NCBI RefSeq assembly: GCF_964194025.1
Contig: NC_134470.1
Coordinates: forward strand, 37,014,001 to 37,078,000
Direction of reading: 5' to 3'
Length of the DNA: 64,000 nt
Source: Convolutriloba macropyga
Taxonomy: Eukaryota
Positions 1-13,575 of the stretch are shown piece by piece. A program made the position numbers and the translations under genes. The notes under the pieces were generated by a model. The model worked only from the letters and a program-made list of their open reading frames with translations, searched no databases and had not been told where the DNA came from. The number at the start of each line of letters is the position of its first letter. Position 1 is the first letter of the stretch.

Positions 1-157
1 TGATAAAAAAAAAACGGATCACGTCATTCAGCTTAACACTCGCTGCCGATTATTTTAATAAATGACGACAAGCATATAATAGCAGCAAAAGAGCTGTGAC
101 AGATCGGCGTGAAAAAAAAACAAAAAGAAAGTCGGAAAGGTACGCCAGATTTTTGTC

Positions 158-309
158 ACTTGAGAGTTACGAAATTCCGAAGACTGTTTGCCCCAAAACT
201 AACCTCAATTAGCCCAAATATCGATTTAAATACTCCACTTGAGAGTTACAAAATTCCGAGGACTGTTTGCCCCAAAACTAACCTCAATTAGCCCAAATAT
301 CGATTTAAA
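158..309. repeat. Tandem duplication, two copies of a ~75-bp unit
   Basis: cacttgagagttac..aaattccga.gactgtttgccccaaaactaacctcaattagcccaaatatcgatttaaa occurs at ~158-230 and ~236-309. Confidence 0.9.
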
Positions 310-2439
310 GAACATTGCTACTATTTATCTAAGACCTAATTAGACACCAAAGGCTCTGAGCCCTGATGTACAATTGTTTTCGCTAATCTGGAACTGCCTT
401 TTCATCAAAATAATATTGCAGACAAACTTTTGAAACTGATGAATCTGATCTTAGTTTAAATAATTTTCCCGGAACTAAGTTGGGGCAAATGGTAAAAAAC
501 TTTTGAAAAGAATTTCCCCTGGGATGGTCCTTAATTGTCAAATCGAAAAGTAGTGACGCAAAATGTACAGCAGTGAAAACTATGGAAAAGAACGAAAAAA
601 TCTCAGAAACAGCTATTTGCCAAGTAATGACATCGCAATCTCTAAGAATTTATTTTGAGCATCATTTAAAAGAAAAGGCCGATCAAAAAACTGGGCATGA
701 AATAGCCAATTTTTATTCAATACCATTTCTTACTGAACTTTAATATAAGAGCGAAAAAATCACGCTGCAAAATCAATCCCTTTGTCATAACATTTCCTCT
801 TTTGGTGTAATCAAAATCACATTGGGAAATAAATTTATGGAATTATGAAAATGGATGAAAAGATCTCAAAATACATATCTGAAAGAGTATCTCAAAATAC
901 CAACTGAAATGATTTTAAAGAACAATAAAATATTGAAATTACTGATTCTGTCCATAATATATGCAAATGGCATAAAACACTCCAGAAAAAAAGGAATTGG
1001 TTATTAAAAAACAAAAACAAGTATTCTTTGAACAAAAAAATGACGTAAACTACTGAATGTATTTTCCCTACGCACAATATTTGTCGAATCTTTTGCAATA
1101 TTAAATGAGCGGCAACCAAGTTGACAAGATGAGCAAATTAAAAATCAATTAAGCGTTTGCTCAAACAAAATAAATAGTTGAATTTTCCGACACTCCCTCA
1201 TCTCATATAAGCTTCAAGTTCTGTATGTATATCAATTCTCTTTCACGGTCTACAAAAAGAGCTGAGCGAGATGCTGAACCGTAAAAAAAATCGAAAATGC
1301 CTTGAAAAAACGCATCAGGGATTTTTCACCATAACAAATTTACCTACAATAATCAAACTAAAATTCGAATTTTTCAATCACAAGCTAAAAAAAAGTTGCA
1401 TAAAGGGATCTCAGAATCAGTCGATTTTGTTATTGGATTATTCAGCAAGTAAGAACAAAAACAAAAGCATCAAGCACTAAGAATTCAAGACAAAAATTAA
1501 AAAAAAACTTAGCCACACTTGATCCGTTTGACAAACATCAGGATTGAAAAAGAAACAAGAAAAATGGACAGGATTCTTTTCCAAGCATCAAATAGTGTTC
1601 TAATTTGGTGTGTAGTTTCAGTTATATTCTAAAATTATACTCGACTCATCTTCTAAATCAAAGGCTAACTGCTTAAATGAACTTTTTTATCTTATTGCAT
1701 TTAGAGTTAATGACTCGGCTTTATCGTCTTATCCGTTTATTTTGATTTTACTCTTTTGCCCTTAGCCGTATTCACTACATTGCGTAATGCAATAGGTTAA
1801 AAAAATCAAAATCTATTGAGAATTCAAAACCCATAAATGAAACAGTGATTCCAAAATCCATCTGGATAATATTGTTAGAAATAAAGGTTATAATTCAGAT
1901 ACTGGTTCGATGCAGAGTATCAATAAATCCATTATTCACTCAACAATAGATAAAAACTTTTACAACTTTCCATTTCTACATTATGCGATACATTCCATAT
2001 TAACCAATAACAATGTATTACATTTGATCTCTTTCATATATCCAGGCAAATATATTCAGGCCGAAAATGTAATCACTTATCGCTGATACTGCGCCGCTAT
2101 AGAAATCTAGAGCATCATGGATTTGAAAAATGCAGAAATTTTTGAACAGCTGAGTCCTCATTTTTCATGTACTCATTGTTAACGTAGTAGCTCCAACAGC
2201 AACCATTGTAGCCATATACTGGCAATAAATTTTTTTTTAAATCTCAACATGTAAATTCGAATAACCCCAAGGTTAAAGTTACATGTTGTAATATTATAAA
2301 TCAAACATACTACATCATTCCCTTGAATAACTAAACAATAATCATAATAAAAAACTAGGGTTCAGTTTCTAGTTCTCGTGAACTATTTTATAAAAAAAAA
2401 CTTTTAAAGCCTTCAATTTTTTTGTCCATTGGAACTCGT

Positions 2440-5411
2440 TCGTGTCTTTTTTGCATCTCTTCCTTTAATTCTTTTTAAAATTTTTTCTTTGATTTTTCCT
2501 TTCTTAGAGCTCTTGGAAGTTTAATCCATTTCCGAACGAAGTTTCTTATAATTGAATTTTGACTCCATTTTGATTTACATTTTGTTGTGATAGAAAAATC
2601 ATATGTACGATTATTAACTTTAATTTCTGAATATTTTTTGGTCTTGTATGTTTGTTTGTTGGACAATATCGAAAAATCTATTTAATGAAGTTTTTGCTAT
2701 TTGGAGTTCTGCGGGAAGTATTTTATTTTCAAGAAGTAGTTTATGAGCACTGTCAAATTTTGTTCGAAACAAGCAAACTTTTATGCCCCATCTAATTTGT
2801 TTGTTTATTCTGTCAATTGAGTAGGACGGCAAACTTTAAAAAAAATATTGCACTAAATTCTAAATGCGATAAAACAAGTGATCTAAAGAGATTTATTCGA
2901 GCCTTTAAAGGTATTTGATTGCGTAACAAATAAATTGATCTGATAGCTAAAGCCATTTTACTGATCACATTATTAAAATGTCTTTGGTATGTCAACTCTT
3001 TTTCAAGAATAACACCTAAGTATCTGCATTCATCTGTTGGTTTCAATGAATGACTATTAAATTCAACGCAATTGACAGTTGGTAACTTTTCACTTTTGAA
3101 AACCATTATTTCCCTTTTCCCTTCATTTAGAGTTAACTTGTTTTGTTTCATCTATTGTTCAGTTTCCATCAATATTTTTTCAGCATTTGCTTCTAAACAC
3201 TGTTCATTTTTTTCATGATAGAAAATTGTGTCATCTGCAAATTGTAATACATTCGAACTTTTCCCTATTTCCTCACCGAAGTCATTTACATAAAGTATGA
3301 ATACTAGTGGTCCTAGTACAGTGCCTAGTGGAACACCATGATTAATAATTGTCCAGTCGGATTCAACTATTCCGCTTCTAACACACTGTTTCCTGTTAAT
3401 TAGAAACGAATTCAATAAGACTCTTGCGTTTTCTCCAAAACAATATTTTTCAATTTTTTGAATAAAACTGTCCAAGGATATTGAGTTAAAAGCTTTCGCT
3501 AAATCCAAAAAGATTGTTAAGACTATGTCTTTTTCCTCAACATAATGATTTATTTTCTCTGTCAGTGCAATTATTGTATTAAGACACGACTTTTGTTTTT
3601 GGAAACCAAATTGCTTTTAATTATTTTATTCATATCTAAATGTTCCGACACTTGCTCCAAGAGAAGTCTTTCAAAAATTTTTGCTAACGTTGGAGTGACC
3701 GAAATTGGTCGATAGTTTTCAGGGTTATGCCTGTCTCCTTTCTTATAGATGGGAGTGACATAGGCTTCTTTTAAAATTTCAGGGAATGTGTTTGCGTTTA
3801 TACACTCATTAATAGCAAACTCTAAATGGGTTCCAATGGACAACATACAATCTTTCAATGCCGAAGGTGGTATATACCCTGGTCCATCTGATTTTTGTGC
3901 TGATAGTTTGTCAATAATTTTGTATAGTTCTCTTCTGGTTACCGGCCTGAAATTGAATTCATTTCCCTTAAAATTAAAAGAAGGCAACTTAGGAGCAATT
4001 ATTTTGCCCTTGTAAAGTCCAAGACGGGCAAAACAATTATTCAAACAGTTAGCAATGCTTTTTTTATCTGATATTACGTTATGGCCCTCTTTCAGCTTTG
4101 CAATTTTTTCTGTCTTATTATTTGCGTTAATTTTGTTCTTGATAAATTTCCATTGTTCTTTTGAAGTTAGGAGATTCTCGAAAAAGTGATTTGTACAATC
4201 GTCAGATGCTTTACGCAATTTTCTATTAACATTGTTTCTAAGTACTTTGTAGCTGCTGAAGAGCTCTTGATTAGGATCTTTTTTCCATTAATTGAATACA
4301 CGATGCTTTTCATTAATGAGACTACGCAGTTCTTTTGATAGCCACTTTGTGCTCTTTTTTTGTTTTCACTTCTATATTTTTCAAAGGTACGTGACTATTT
4401 AAAAACATTTTGGAAAATTTCAATAAATTTATGAAAAATTTCATTTGCTCCAATGATTTTGTACATTAGTGACCGGTCTTGCAAAGCAATATCACGGTAA
4501 AACTTACTTCTTGTGTATCTCTTTTTATCTCGCATTAAAAATTCTGTCTTCTGCTGCTTCCATTCTAATTTCAATGATGATTGATATACAATAGTGAAAT
4601 GATCATTTTCAAGTATTGACTCTATTATATCTGTTTCGAAGATTTGATTTTTAGAGATAAAGCAGTGGTCGATTAAAGAAAATTTTACTCCATTTGTCCA
4701 TGTTGCCTTTTTTGTGTTTACATACTAAAGCCCGTTATCTGCAAGGAAGTTGTTTAGTAATTGTTTCCCAGTTTCTTTAAGTATATTTATGTTGTAATCT
4801 CCAAACAGGATTAGATTGTCAGTGCTAGAGTAAAAATTTGAAATATCTGATGTCATTTCATCAAAGAAGAATTTTGAAAGGTTTACGTTTGAACAATACG
4901 CCACATTTATGAGCAGTTTTTCTTTCAGAGGCTCAGTTACTTCTATCCATAGTGATTCAAAAAAACTCCGGTTGATGGTGTTCAAGTCATTTCTTATTTT
5001 GATTGAAAACTTCTTGGGTATCCATATGCCCACACCTCCCCCTCTTTCCAGTTCAGTCGATGATCTCGGCTGGTGAATAAATTGATGATTACTACTCAAA
5101 AAAGAATCTCGAATAGTATTGTTCACTTTAATCCATGTTTCGGTAACAGCTAGGAAAGACAACTCGTCGATAGTTGTCAAAAAATTTGATAACTTTTCGT
5201 ATTTATTATTTAGGCTTCTACAATTCATGTACCAGAACTTGAGATTATCGTCTGTTCTGTTGTTTTCTTTGTAGTACTGGTCTATTGTTTTCAATTTTTC
5301 TATTTGAGCTGGGCCAGGGTTTGTTTCAATATCTCCACTTTTTTGCAGAATAATTGATATGACGGATAATAAATACGTAATACTGATGAAACGGAACCCT
5401 AGTGAAAACAA
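2440..5411 (-). pseudogene. LINE ORF2 (2A peptide, APE endonuclease, reverse transcriptase), frameshifted
   Basis: APE motifs YMNCRSLNNK, AVTETW, RGGGVGIWI, LFGDYNI; RT motifs NYRPISVTPTLAKIFE, DLAKAF, GVPLGTVLGP, QFADDT, YLGVIL spread over ORFs 4725-5411, 3571-4218, 3152-3508, 2813-3151. Confidence 0.92.
5310..5333 (-). other. 2A-like ribosomal-skipping motif DIETNPGP
   Basis: LQKSGDIETNPGP matches D(V/I)ExNPGP just N-terminal to the APE domain. Confidence 0.85.
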
Positions 5412-5699
5412 ATTATTAAAATAAATCTGACAAAAATTAAATTTTGGTTTTTTAGTATGATTTGAGTGACTTTTGAAAAAAGCAACTTCCCCCCTTTACA
5501 AACAAAGCCTATTATTAAAATCACAAACAAAACTGATGTTTTCTTCAAAAGAAACATTCAACGTTTCTATTAAAGAACTAAGAATTAAGTCACCCAAATG
5601 TATTCGGACTATTGAACTCATTCGGACTATTGAAGTTATTCCATCCCCTTTTGAATGCCAAAAATTTCCATTTTCCTGTTTAGGACGCATTTGTCTCAA

Positions 5700-6056
5700 T
5701 GATATATCGTTTGATGAACAGTTGTAGCCAATAAAAACTGTCTGTTCTTGGCATAAACTTGTTTAGTTTCTTTGTCTTTGTTGCCATCAATAATTTTTGT
5801 CAACATTTTCTCATTTTGTCCTCTCAAAAAAACAATTTCTGACATTGCTTCGTCATATAGGGATTTGCTGTTGTCTAGAGCTGTTTGGAGTTCTGTATTT
5901 GCTTGCTTGTTTTTTTCTAAGTCTTTTTTTTAGTTCTGTTATTTCATCCTGTTGCAAGTTACTAGTATCGAGTGATGATCTTTTGTTCTCTCTTAGTTTT
6001 AGAATTTCTTGAATAAGTTTATCTTTGTTCCATTTCGCTAGAACAGCCGCTTCCAT
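5700..6056 (-). pseudogene. LINE ORF1 relic (coiled-coil, basic)
   Basis: ATG at 6056, heptad-like KDKLIQEILKLRE...EITELKKRL, directly upstream of ORF2; broken by stops and frameshifts. Confidence 0.6.
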
Positions 6057-8318
6057 TTTGTCGCTGGATACACTGGGCTTGGTTATAATACACTAGTGAC
6101 TCATTCTGATAAAAAAAACGGTGAGAAGAAAAAAAAACAACTCAAAACTTTGACCTAAAAAAGACCTGAAAGTGAAACAATTGTTAATTTTTAAAATATT
6201 GGATTGGTCTCACCAGATGAAGAATACTAAAAGAAGTCCCAGATAAGAGTGCCGAATAGTCGATTCCAATTAAGATAATGAATGTCTTGTGATTAGTGCA
6301 AAAAAAAAACTAATAAGTTGTCTTCAGGAAGAAAAAATTCAAAGGTGTATGTATTTGTGAAATTTCTATGCAGCTGATTTACAGCTGCTGACAAAAATTG
6401 AGCTGCTGACAAAAATTGTTTATTTTCTTTCACACTTTTGCTTGTCCTTGACATTTAGATTTGCTTAAACTGCTACTTAAGCTGTTTTCCTGTAATTGAG
6501 CACAAAATAATTAAATAAGAAGTGTTGTAATATTTTCATTACGAATGATGCGATCCCGATAATGATTGAAACTGTGCATGCGTGTTTGTGTAAATTTGTC
6601 ACGGAGACTTGTGCGTACTGATTGCATATCACGCAAGGCTGACTCTACACTTCAGGAAGTTTACCAAAAGAAAACCGTTGATATCAAAGAATTTCAAACA
6701 TTTTCAATTGGATATCCTCATGATTTCTTGACGTGTATGTGACATTAATGTCATATAAGGCAGATAATCAATCTGGCATTTTTCATATATAAACGATTAA
6801 GCAGATCAAAAAGTGGAATGTCAAGACCAATGACTTGAGTCGGATTATGTATAATTGACATCCAGCTAAATTTCTTCGAGATAATGGTTGATCAATGGTT
6901 CGAGCAGATCAATCTTAAGAGTTGATTAAGCTAAAGCTAAGTCCGATCCAGCAGCACATAGCTACTCAATCGGAGTTACCTATAGCTATCCATTCATTAG
7001 GCATTGGTACGGGTGTAGATCTGTAGAGATTGAGATCGATTGCTCCTGTACCGAACGGAATTGCCAATGACAAATTGACAATCTATCCTCTACAATGTCA
7101 ACTGTTCGGAGAGCTAACGTTTAACAGTATGTTCATAACTGATTTGTTGGTATTGCAAACGAAAACAACTTGCTTGTTTCAATCTGGCAAGTCAAAAACG
7201 CTTCACAATATCTTCAAGCGCCGTTCGTGGAAGTAGAGCTAATGGAATTAATTTTCTGCTCATTGTGATTTTCTGCTCAATCTAGCAGCTTCTCCGCGGA
7301 CTCGTTAGAGACAAATTTCTTGTTTTTCACGACCGATAAACCGTCAACGCTCGCGACCTTAAGCAATGAACCCAAGGGCACATAGGGTCTATATTCAGCC
7401 CACGGAAGAAAAGAGCCGAAGAGTTGAAGAATTTACAAAAATGCATAATTCAACGGAAACGTGCAATAATAGTAGACGTCCAAATCTCTCCCTTTGTCAC
7501 TTCCTAACCGCACTCACAAAACCTCGGCCACCAACCCCGCCCCCAAAATTTGGGTTCAATCCCGACTGTCACATACCTTTTTGTCGATCACCAGATATCG
7601 ATGCCTTTAAAACGTGTGGAGAGGCGCTGCAATTTTCTGTTTTTTAACGTGACGCTGTTTTAATTGGAATCGACAATGTGAACAAAGCTGGATGCTCGCC
7701 AGAAGATAGCCGCCATTGATTCCCATAACCTCGATTGGGATTGAAAAAAAAATGGAAAAACAGATTTTTAAAGTGAGAACTAAATTGACTTCATTTTACT
7801 GTAATACATACTCTTGTTACTTAATGAGTGGATAAAGAAGCTAGTCTCAATACCAATAAGCATTGAAATGGCGACTAAGATTTGCAAGAACAAACATCAA
7901 AGGGCATCTAAAATTGTGATTTATCCCGTTTCCAGTTTTGATTCCGTGTTTCGGTACCGACACTGTGTTCTAGATTGCTTTGCTGAGCAGTCAAGGTTTT
8001 AAAACACTTTGAGCAGAAGGAGCGACCAATGGAACTAGCCCAGAGAAATCAAATAGACTAGCAGGCCCGCAAAAGCATCACAAGAAAAACAATTAGAAGA
8101 ATAGGTTTAAAATTGAGATTTTTTTCGTACCAGCTTGGGCTCTAAGCCATGTCCCCCGTTCAACAGCCAGAGGTAGTACGTTACGTTACCGATGTGTTTG
8201 GTTTAGTATATTACCCCAAGTAACACCATTTTTTTAATCAAAGCGTAACTCATATAAAACATTAATCTACATGTTTAAGGTGCGGTAAAGCATGCGAAGT
8301 TGAGGAGCTACAACATGC

Positions 8319-11300
8319 AAAAGAGAAAAGAGAGAAAAGAAAGAGAAAAAGGGTACAAGAGAAATAAAAAAGTGAGAAAAAAGTGAAAGTGAGAAAAGAA
8401 ATTGAAAACTGAGAAAAGAAAGTGAGAAAAGAAAGTGAGAGAAAAAAAGAAGGATAAAAGTGAGAAGACAATGTGAGAAAAGAAAGTGAAAAAAGAAAGT
8501 GAAGCAAAGAGAGCGAGGAAAAGAAATTGAAGAAAAGAAAATGAGAGAAGAAGGGAAGGAAAAAAGTGCGAAGACAAAGTGAGAAAACAAATTGAGAAAA
8601 CAAATTGAGAAAACAACGTGAGAAAAGAAAGTGAAAAAAGTAGGAAAAGAAAGTGAGAAAAGAAAATGAGAAAAGAAAGTGAGAAAACAACGTGAGAAAA
8701 GGAAGTGACAAAAGTGAGAAAAGAAAAATAAGAGAAAAGTGAGAAAACAAAGTGAAAAAGTGAGAAAAGAAAGTGAGAAAACAAAGTGAGAAAAGTGAAA
8801 AAAGAGAGTGAGAAAAGAAAGTGAGAAAAGAAAGTGAAAAAAGAAAGTGAGGAAAAGAGAGTGAGGAAAAGAAATTGAAGAAAAGAAAGTGAGAGAACAA
8901 ATGAAGGAAAAAAGTGCGAAGACAAAGTGAGAAAACAAATTGAGAATACAAAGTGAGAAAACAATGAAAAAAGAAAGTGAAAAAAGTGGGGAAAGAAAAT
9001 GAAGAGAAAATTGAGAAAACAAAGTGGAAAAAAAGTGAGAAATGAAAGTGAGAAAAGAAATTGAGAAACGGAATTGAAAAAAGAAAGCGAGAAAAGAAAG
9101 TGAGAGAAGAAAGTGAGAAGAGAAAGCGAGAAAAGAAAGTGAGAAAAGAAAGTGAGAAAACAAAATGGAAAAAAATGAGAAATGAAAGTGAGAAAAGAAA
9201 ATGAGAAAAGAAAGTGAGAAAACAACGTGAGAAAAGGAAGTGACAAAAGTGAGAAAAGAAAAATAAGAGAAAAGTGAGAAAACAAATTGAGAAAACAAAT
9301 TGAGAAAACAACGTGAGAAAAGAAAGTGAAAAAAGTAGGAAAAGAAAGTGAGAAAAGAAAATGAGAAAAGAAAGTGAGAAAACAACGTGAGAAAAGGAAG
9401 TGACAAAAGTGAGAAAAGAAAAATAAGAGAAAAGTGAGAAAACAAAGTGAAAAAAGTGAGAAAAGAAAGTGAGAAAACAAAGTGAGAAAAGTGAAAAAAG
9501 AGAGTGAGAAAAGAAAGTGAGAAAAGAAAGTGAAAAAAGAAAGTGAGGAAAAGAGAGTGAGGAAAAGAAATTGAAGAAAAGAAAGTGAGAGAACAAATGA
9601 AGGAAAAAAGTGCGAAGACAAAGTGAGAAAACAAATTGAGAATACAAAGTGAGAAAACAATGAAAAAAGAAAGTGAAAAAAGTGGGGAAAGAAAATGAAG
9701 AGAAAATTGAGAAAACAAAGTGGAAAAAAAGTGAGAAATGAAAGTGAGAAAAGAAATTGAGAAACGGAATTGAAAAAAGAAAGCGAGAAAAGAAAGTGAG
9801 AGAAGAAAGTGAGAAGAGAAAGCGAGAAAAGAAAGTGAGAAAACAAAATGGAAAAAAATGAGAAATGAAAGTGAGAAAAGAAAATGAGAAAAGAAAGTGA
9901 GAAAAGAAAGTGAGAAGCGAAAACGAAGAAAAGAAAGCGAAGAGAAGAGTGAGGAAAAAAAGAGTGAAGAAAAGAGTGAAAAAAAGAGTGGAGAAAAGAG
10001 AGTGAAGAAAAGAGTGTGAGAAAAGAAAGTGAGAAGTGAGAAAAGAAAGTAAAAGAAATGAGAAAACAAAGTGAGAAAAGAAAGTGAGAAAAGAAACTGA
10101 GAAAAGAAAACGTAGAAAAGTAATTGAAGAAAAAAGTGAGGAAAACGGTGAAAAGAGTGAAGAAAAAGAGTGAAAACAGAAGAAAAGAGAGTGAAGCAAA
10201 GAGAGTGAAGAAAAGAGAGTGAGAAAAGAAAGTGAGAAAATGAAGTGAGAAAAGAAAATGAGAAAACAAAGTGAGAAAAGAAAGTAAAAAAGAAAGGAAG
10301 GAAAAGTGAGAAGACAAAGTGAGAAAAGAAAGTAAGAAAAATGAGAAAAAGTGAGAAAAGAAAGCGAGAAAAAATAGTGAGAAAAAAAAGTGAGAAAAGA
10401 AGGTGAGAAAAGAAAGTGAGAAAAGAAAGTAAAAAGAAGTGAAAAAAGAAAGGAAGGAAAAGTGAGAAGACAAAGTGAGAAAATAAAGTGAGAAAATAAA
10501 GCGAGAAAATAAAGTGAGAAAAGAAAGTGAAGAAAGAAAGGAAGGAAAAGAGAGGACAAAGTGAGAAAAGAAAGTGAGAAAAATGAGAAAAGAAGGTGAG
10601 AAAAGAAAGTAAAAGGAAGTGAGAAAAGAAATTGAGAAAAAAACTGAGAAAAGAAAGTGAAAAAAAGGAAGGAAAAGTGAGAAGACAAAGTGAGAAAGGA
10701 AAGTGAGAAATGAAAGTGAGAAAAGAAGGTGAGAAAAGAAAGTGAAAAAAAGAAGGAAAAGAGAGAAGACAAAGTGAGAAAAGAAAGTGCGAAAAATGTG
10801 AATGAAAAAGAGAAGAGAAAGCGAGAAAAGAAAGTGAGAAAAGAAAATGAGAAAAGAAAGTGAGAAAAGAAAGCGAGAAAAGAAAGTGAGAAAAGAAAGT
10901 GAGAAAAGAAAGTGAGAAAAGAAAGTGAGAAAAGAAAGTGAGAAACGAAATTGAAAAAAGAAAGCGGGAAAAGAAAGTGAGAAAAGAAAGTAAGAAAAGA
11001 AGTTGAGAAAAGAAATAGAAAAGAAAGTGAGAAAAGAAAGTAAAAAAGAAGTGAAGGAAAAGTGAGAAAATAAAGTGAGAAAAGAAAAAGAAAGAAAGTA
11101 AGAAAATAAAACGAGAAACGAAACTGAGAAACGAAATTGAGAAAAGAAAGTGAGAAAATAAAGTGAGAAAGTGAGAAAAAAAAAGTTAGAAAAAAGGAGA
11201 AAAGAAATTGAGAAACGAAAGTGAGAAAAGAAAGTGAGAAAAGAAAGGGAGAAAAGAAACTGAGAAACGAAATTGAGAAACGAAATTGAGAAACGAAATT

Positions 11301-11832
11301 GAGAAAAGAAAATGAGAAAAGAAAGTGAGCAAAGATAGTGAGAAAAGAAAGTGAGAAAGAAAGTGAGAAAGTGAGAAAAGAAAGTGAGAAAAGAAAGTGA
11401 GAAACGAAATTAAGAAAAGAGAGTGACAAAAGAAAGTGAAAAAAGAAAGTGAGAAAAGAAAGTGAGAAAAGAAAGTGAGAAAAGAAATTGGGAAAAGAAA
11501 GTGAGAAAAGAAAGTGAGAAAAGAAAGTGAGAAAAGAAAGTGAGAAAAGAAAGTGAGAAAAGAAAGTGAGAAAAGAAAGTGAGAAAAGAAAGTGAGAAAA
11601 GAAAGTGAAAAAAGAAAGTGAGAAACGAAAGTGAGAAAAGAAAGTGAGAAACGAAAATGAGAAACGAAATTGAGAAAAAAAGTGAGAAAAGAAAGTGAGA
11701 AAAGAAAGTCAGAAAAGAAAGTGAGAAAAGAAAGTGAGAAAAGAAAGTGAGAAAAGAAAGTGAGAAAAGTAAGTGAGAAAAATAAGTGAGAAAAGAAAGT
11801 GAGAAACGTAAATGAGAAACGAAATTGAGAAA
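8319..11832. repeat. Purine-rich satellite, 13-bp unit GAGAAAAGAAAGT, with ~0.7-kb higher-order duplication
   Basis: Direct tandem repeats; diagnostic variants (gtggggaaagaaaatgaagag, tgcgaagacaaagtg) recur about 696 bp apart. Confidence 0.97.
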
Positions 11833-11838
11833 TGCAAC

Positions 11839-11929
11839 CGTTCAATAGCAACCATAATTTGTTGCTCAAAGTTTTGGATCTCAGCTTTAAAGCTTTGCTG
11901 CAGTCGTTTTATTGGTAAAGCAGTCATTT
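11839..11929 (-). CDS. Candidate further exon of the TBK1-like gene (ubiquitin-like domain region)
   Basis: tttcag acceptor; 91-nt open exon (K)MTALPIKRLQQSFKAEIQNFEQQIMVAIER; phase-compatible with the GTACGT donor at 17762; weak GTTGCA donor. Confidence 0.4.
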
Positions 11930-12284
11930 CTGAAAGTTATGTTTAACAAAGAAAAACGAAGAACGTTTTAGCCAAGAAAAGTGAAGAAGTTTTAGCGAAG
12001 AAAAGTCAGCAGGATAACTGAATTGCAGGATAAGAGTCTGAGACAAGGAAAGAAATCTGAGCAAAACCTCACAAACCTTAAGACCAGTTCAGACCTGCCC
12101 ACCATAATTAATTTTGATCACCAATGGATGCTTACCAAATCATCGGCCATCTGGGATATGCAAAAATAAATGCATTAGGTATAATATTTAAAAAGAACAA
12201 TCAGTATTGCATTAAAGCAACTCAATGTAGTGGTTAACTTCAGTTAAATGTCAACAACTCAAGGTCTCACACGCGTGCACGGAA

Positions 12285-12303
12285 ACACACACACACATAC
12301 ATC

Positions 12304-12334
<31 letters not shown>

Positions 12335-12680
12335 GCAAACAGGTTCACACACAAACACACAAGGATAAAATGCAGTGGTTGTACTCCACGCCATGGTTAA
12401 CTTCAGTTAAATTTTACCAGCTGAAGGTCATAAACACACACACACACAAACACACACACAAACACAGTTAAATAGACGTAAGCGGTCAAGTTAAAAGAAC
12501 GTTCGAAAACAAATCGAACGTTTGAAAACCAAGCAAACGTTCGAAAACTAATCAAACGTTCGAAAACGAATTGAACGTCCCAAAACCGAAAAGAGCAAAA
12601 TGGCCATTTGAATGCCTACGTGTACAAACACACGCGCACACACATACGCATGCACGCTCACGTACACGCACGCACACACA
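12285..12680. repeat. CA-rich microsatellites plus a short ~22-bp tandem repeat (aacgttcgaaaac..., ~12497-12580)
   Basis: Directly visible. Confidence 0.8.
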
Positions 12681-13502
12681 AATAAAACACATTACTCACA
12701 CGCAAGCTGAAACCAAGCCACACGCTGCATGTTTAAGGACCGTTAAAACGTCTGTGAAGATTGGCGCTTAAACATGGTGGCATAGGATGTATGCATTACG
12801 CTAGGCTGAATGTTTAAGGGACGCTAAAACATATGAAGATAGGCGCTTAAACATGGTGGTATACCATTCGAGTTAGAATTAATATATAGATTTTACTTAA
12901 AATGTCAGAAAGCGTCGAAATGAGGTAAAGCGAAACAAATTGTTATTCGACAAAAAAAAGTACAGAGCAGGACAAGTCCTGAAATACAATCCAAACAATT
13001 GAATGAAAAACTTAGACCTTCTCTACCCTAACAGCAGAACAATTGAACATTACCAGCCAAAACGACAAACAATCTCAAAAGCTGAGAAACTAAAATAATA
13101 AAACGAACTAAACAAAAAGCTAATCATTGCCAAAACTCTTCCTTTTACACTAGAAGCCCAATTTGATACATTTAAATATACCCACGCACAAGCCTTAAAA
13201 AAGTTAATTGCCAAAGATAGAAAACCTCAAGAAATACGACAAATGCCTACAAAATAGAAAATTGCAAAATTAAAAAAGATTCTAAATTTTGCAACATTAA
13301 AATCTTCCAAAGCATTTCTTAGTCCAGTGACCCAACTGCAAGATCTAAAAGAGTTTAACTGTTCCGTTCAGATCAATTAACTCACAAAAAGGTAATAATT
13401 TTCGGAAAAATTAAAAACCTAAACCGACAAATGTCGGATGAACGACAGGCAAGACAAAGGGGCTGTCGCCTAAATCAATTTTTTTATTGGTGCAAAAAAC
13501 CT

Positions 13503-13575
13503 TGCCCCGACGTGATTTGAATCGCTGACCTTCTGATCCACAACCAAATGCACTAACCACTGCGCTACGAATCAC
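13503..13575 (-). pseudogene. tRNA-like relic or SINE head (3' half resembles eukaryotic tRNA-Trp)
   Basis: Minus strand gattcgTAGCGCAGTGGttagtgcatttggttgtggatcagaaggtcagcGATTCAAATCacgtcgggg: A-box, degenerate B-box, then T6; stems imperfect. Confidence 0.55.

Larger units (their letters stand above)
2300..6100 (-). mobile_element. Near full-length, decayed APE-type non-LTR retrotransposon (CR1/L2 group LINE)
   Basis: ORF1 relic, APE endonuclease and RT fragments in the expected order on the minus strand; ends are approximate and no TSD was identified. Confidence 0.9.

Noticed and set aside
8262-11869. Very long F/S/L-rich ORFs (up to 1055 aa) in three frames
   Set aside because: Artefact of a stop-free satellite strand
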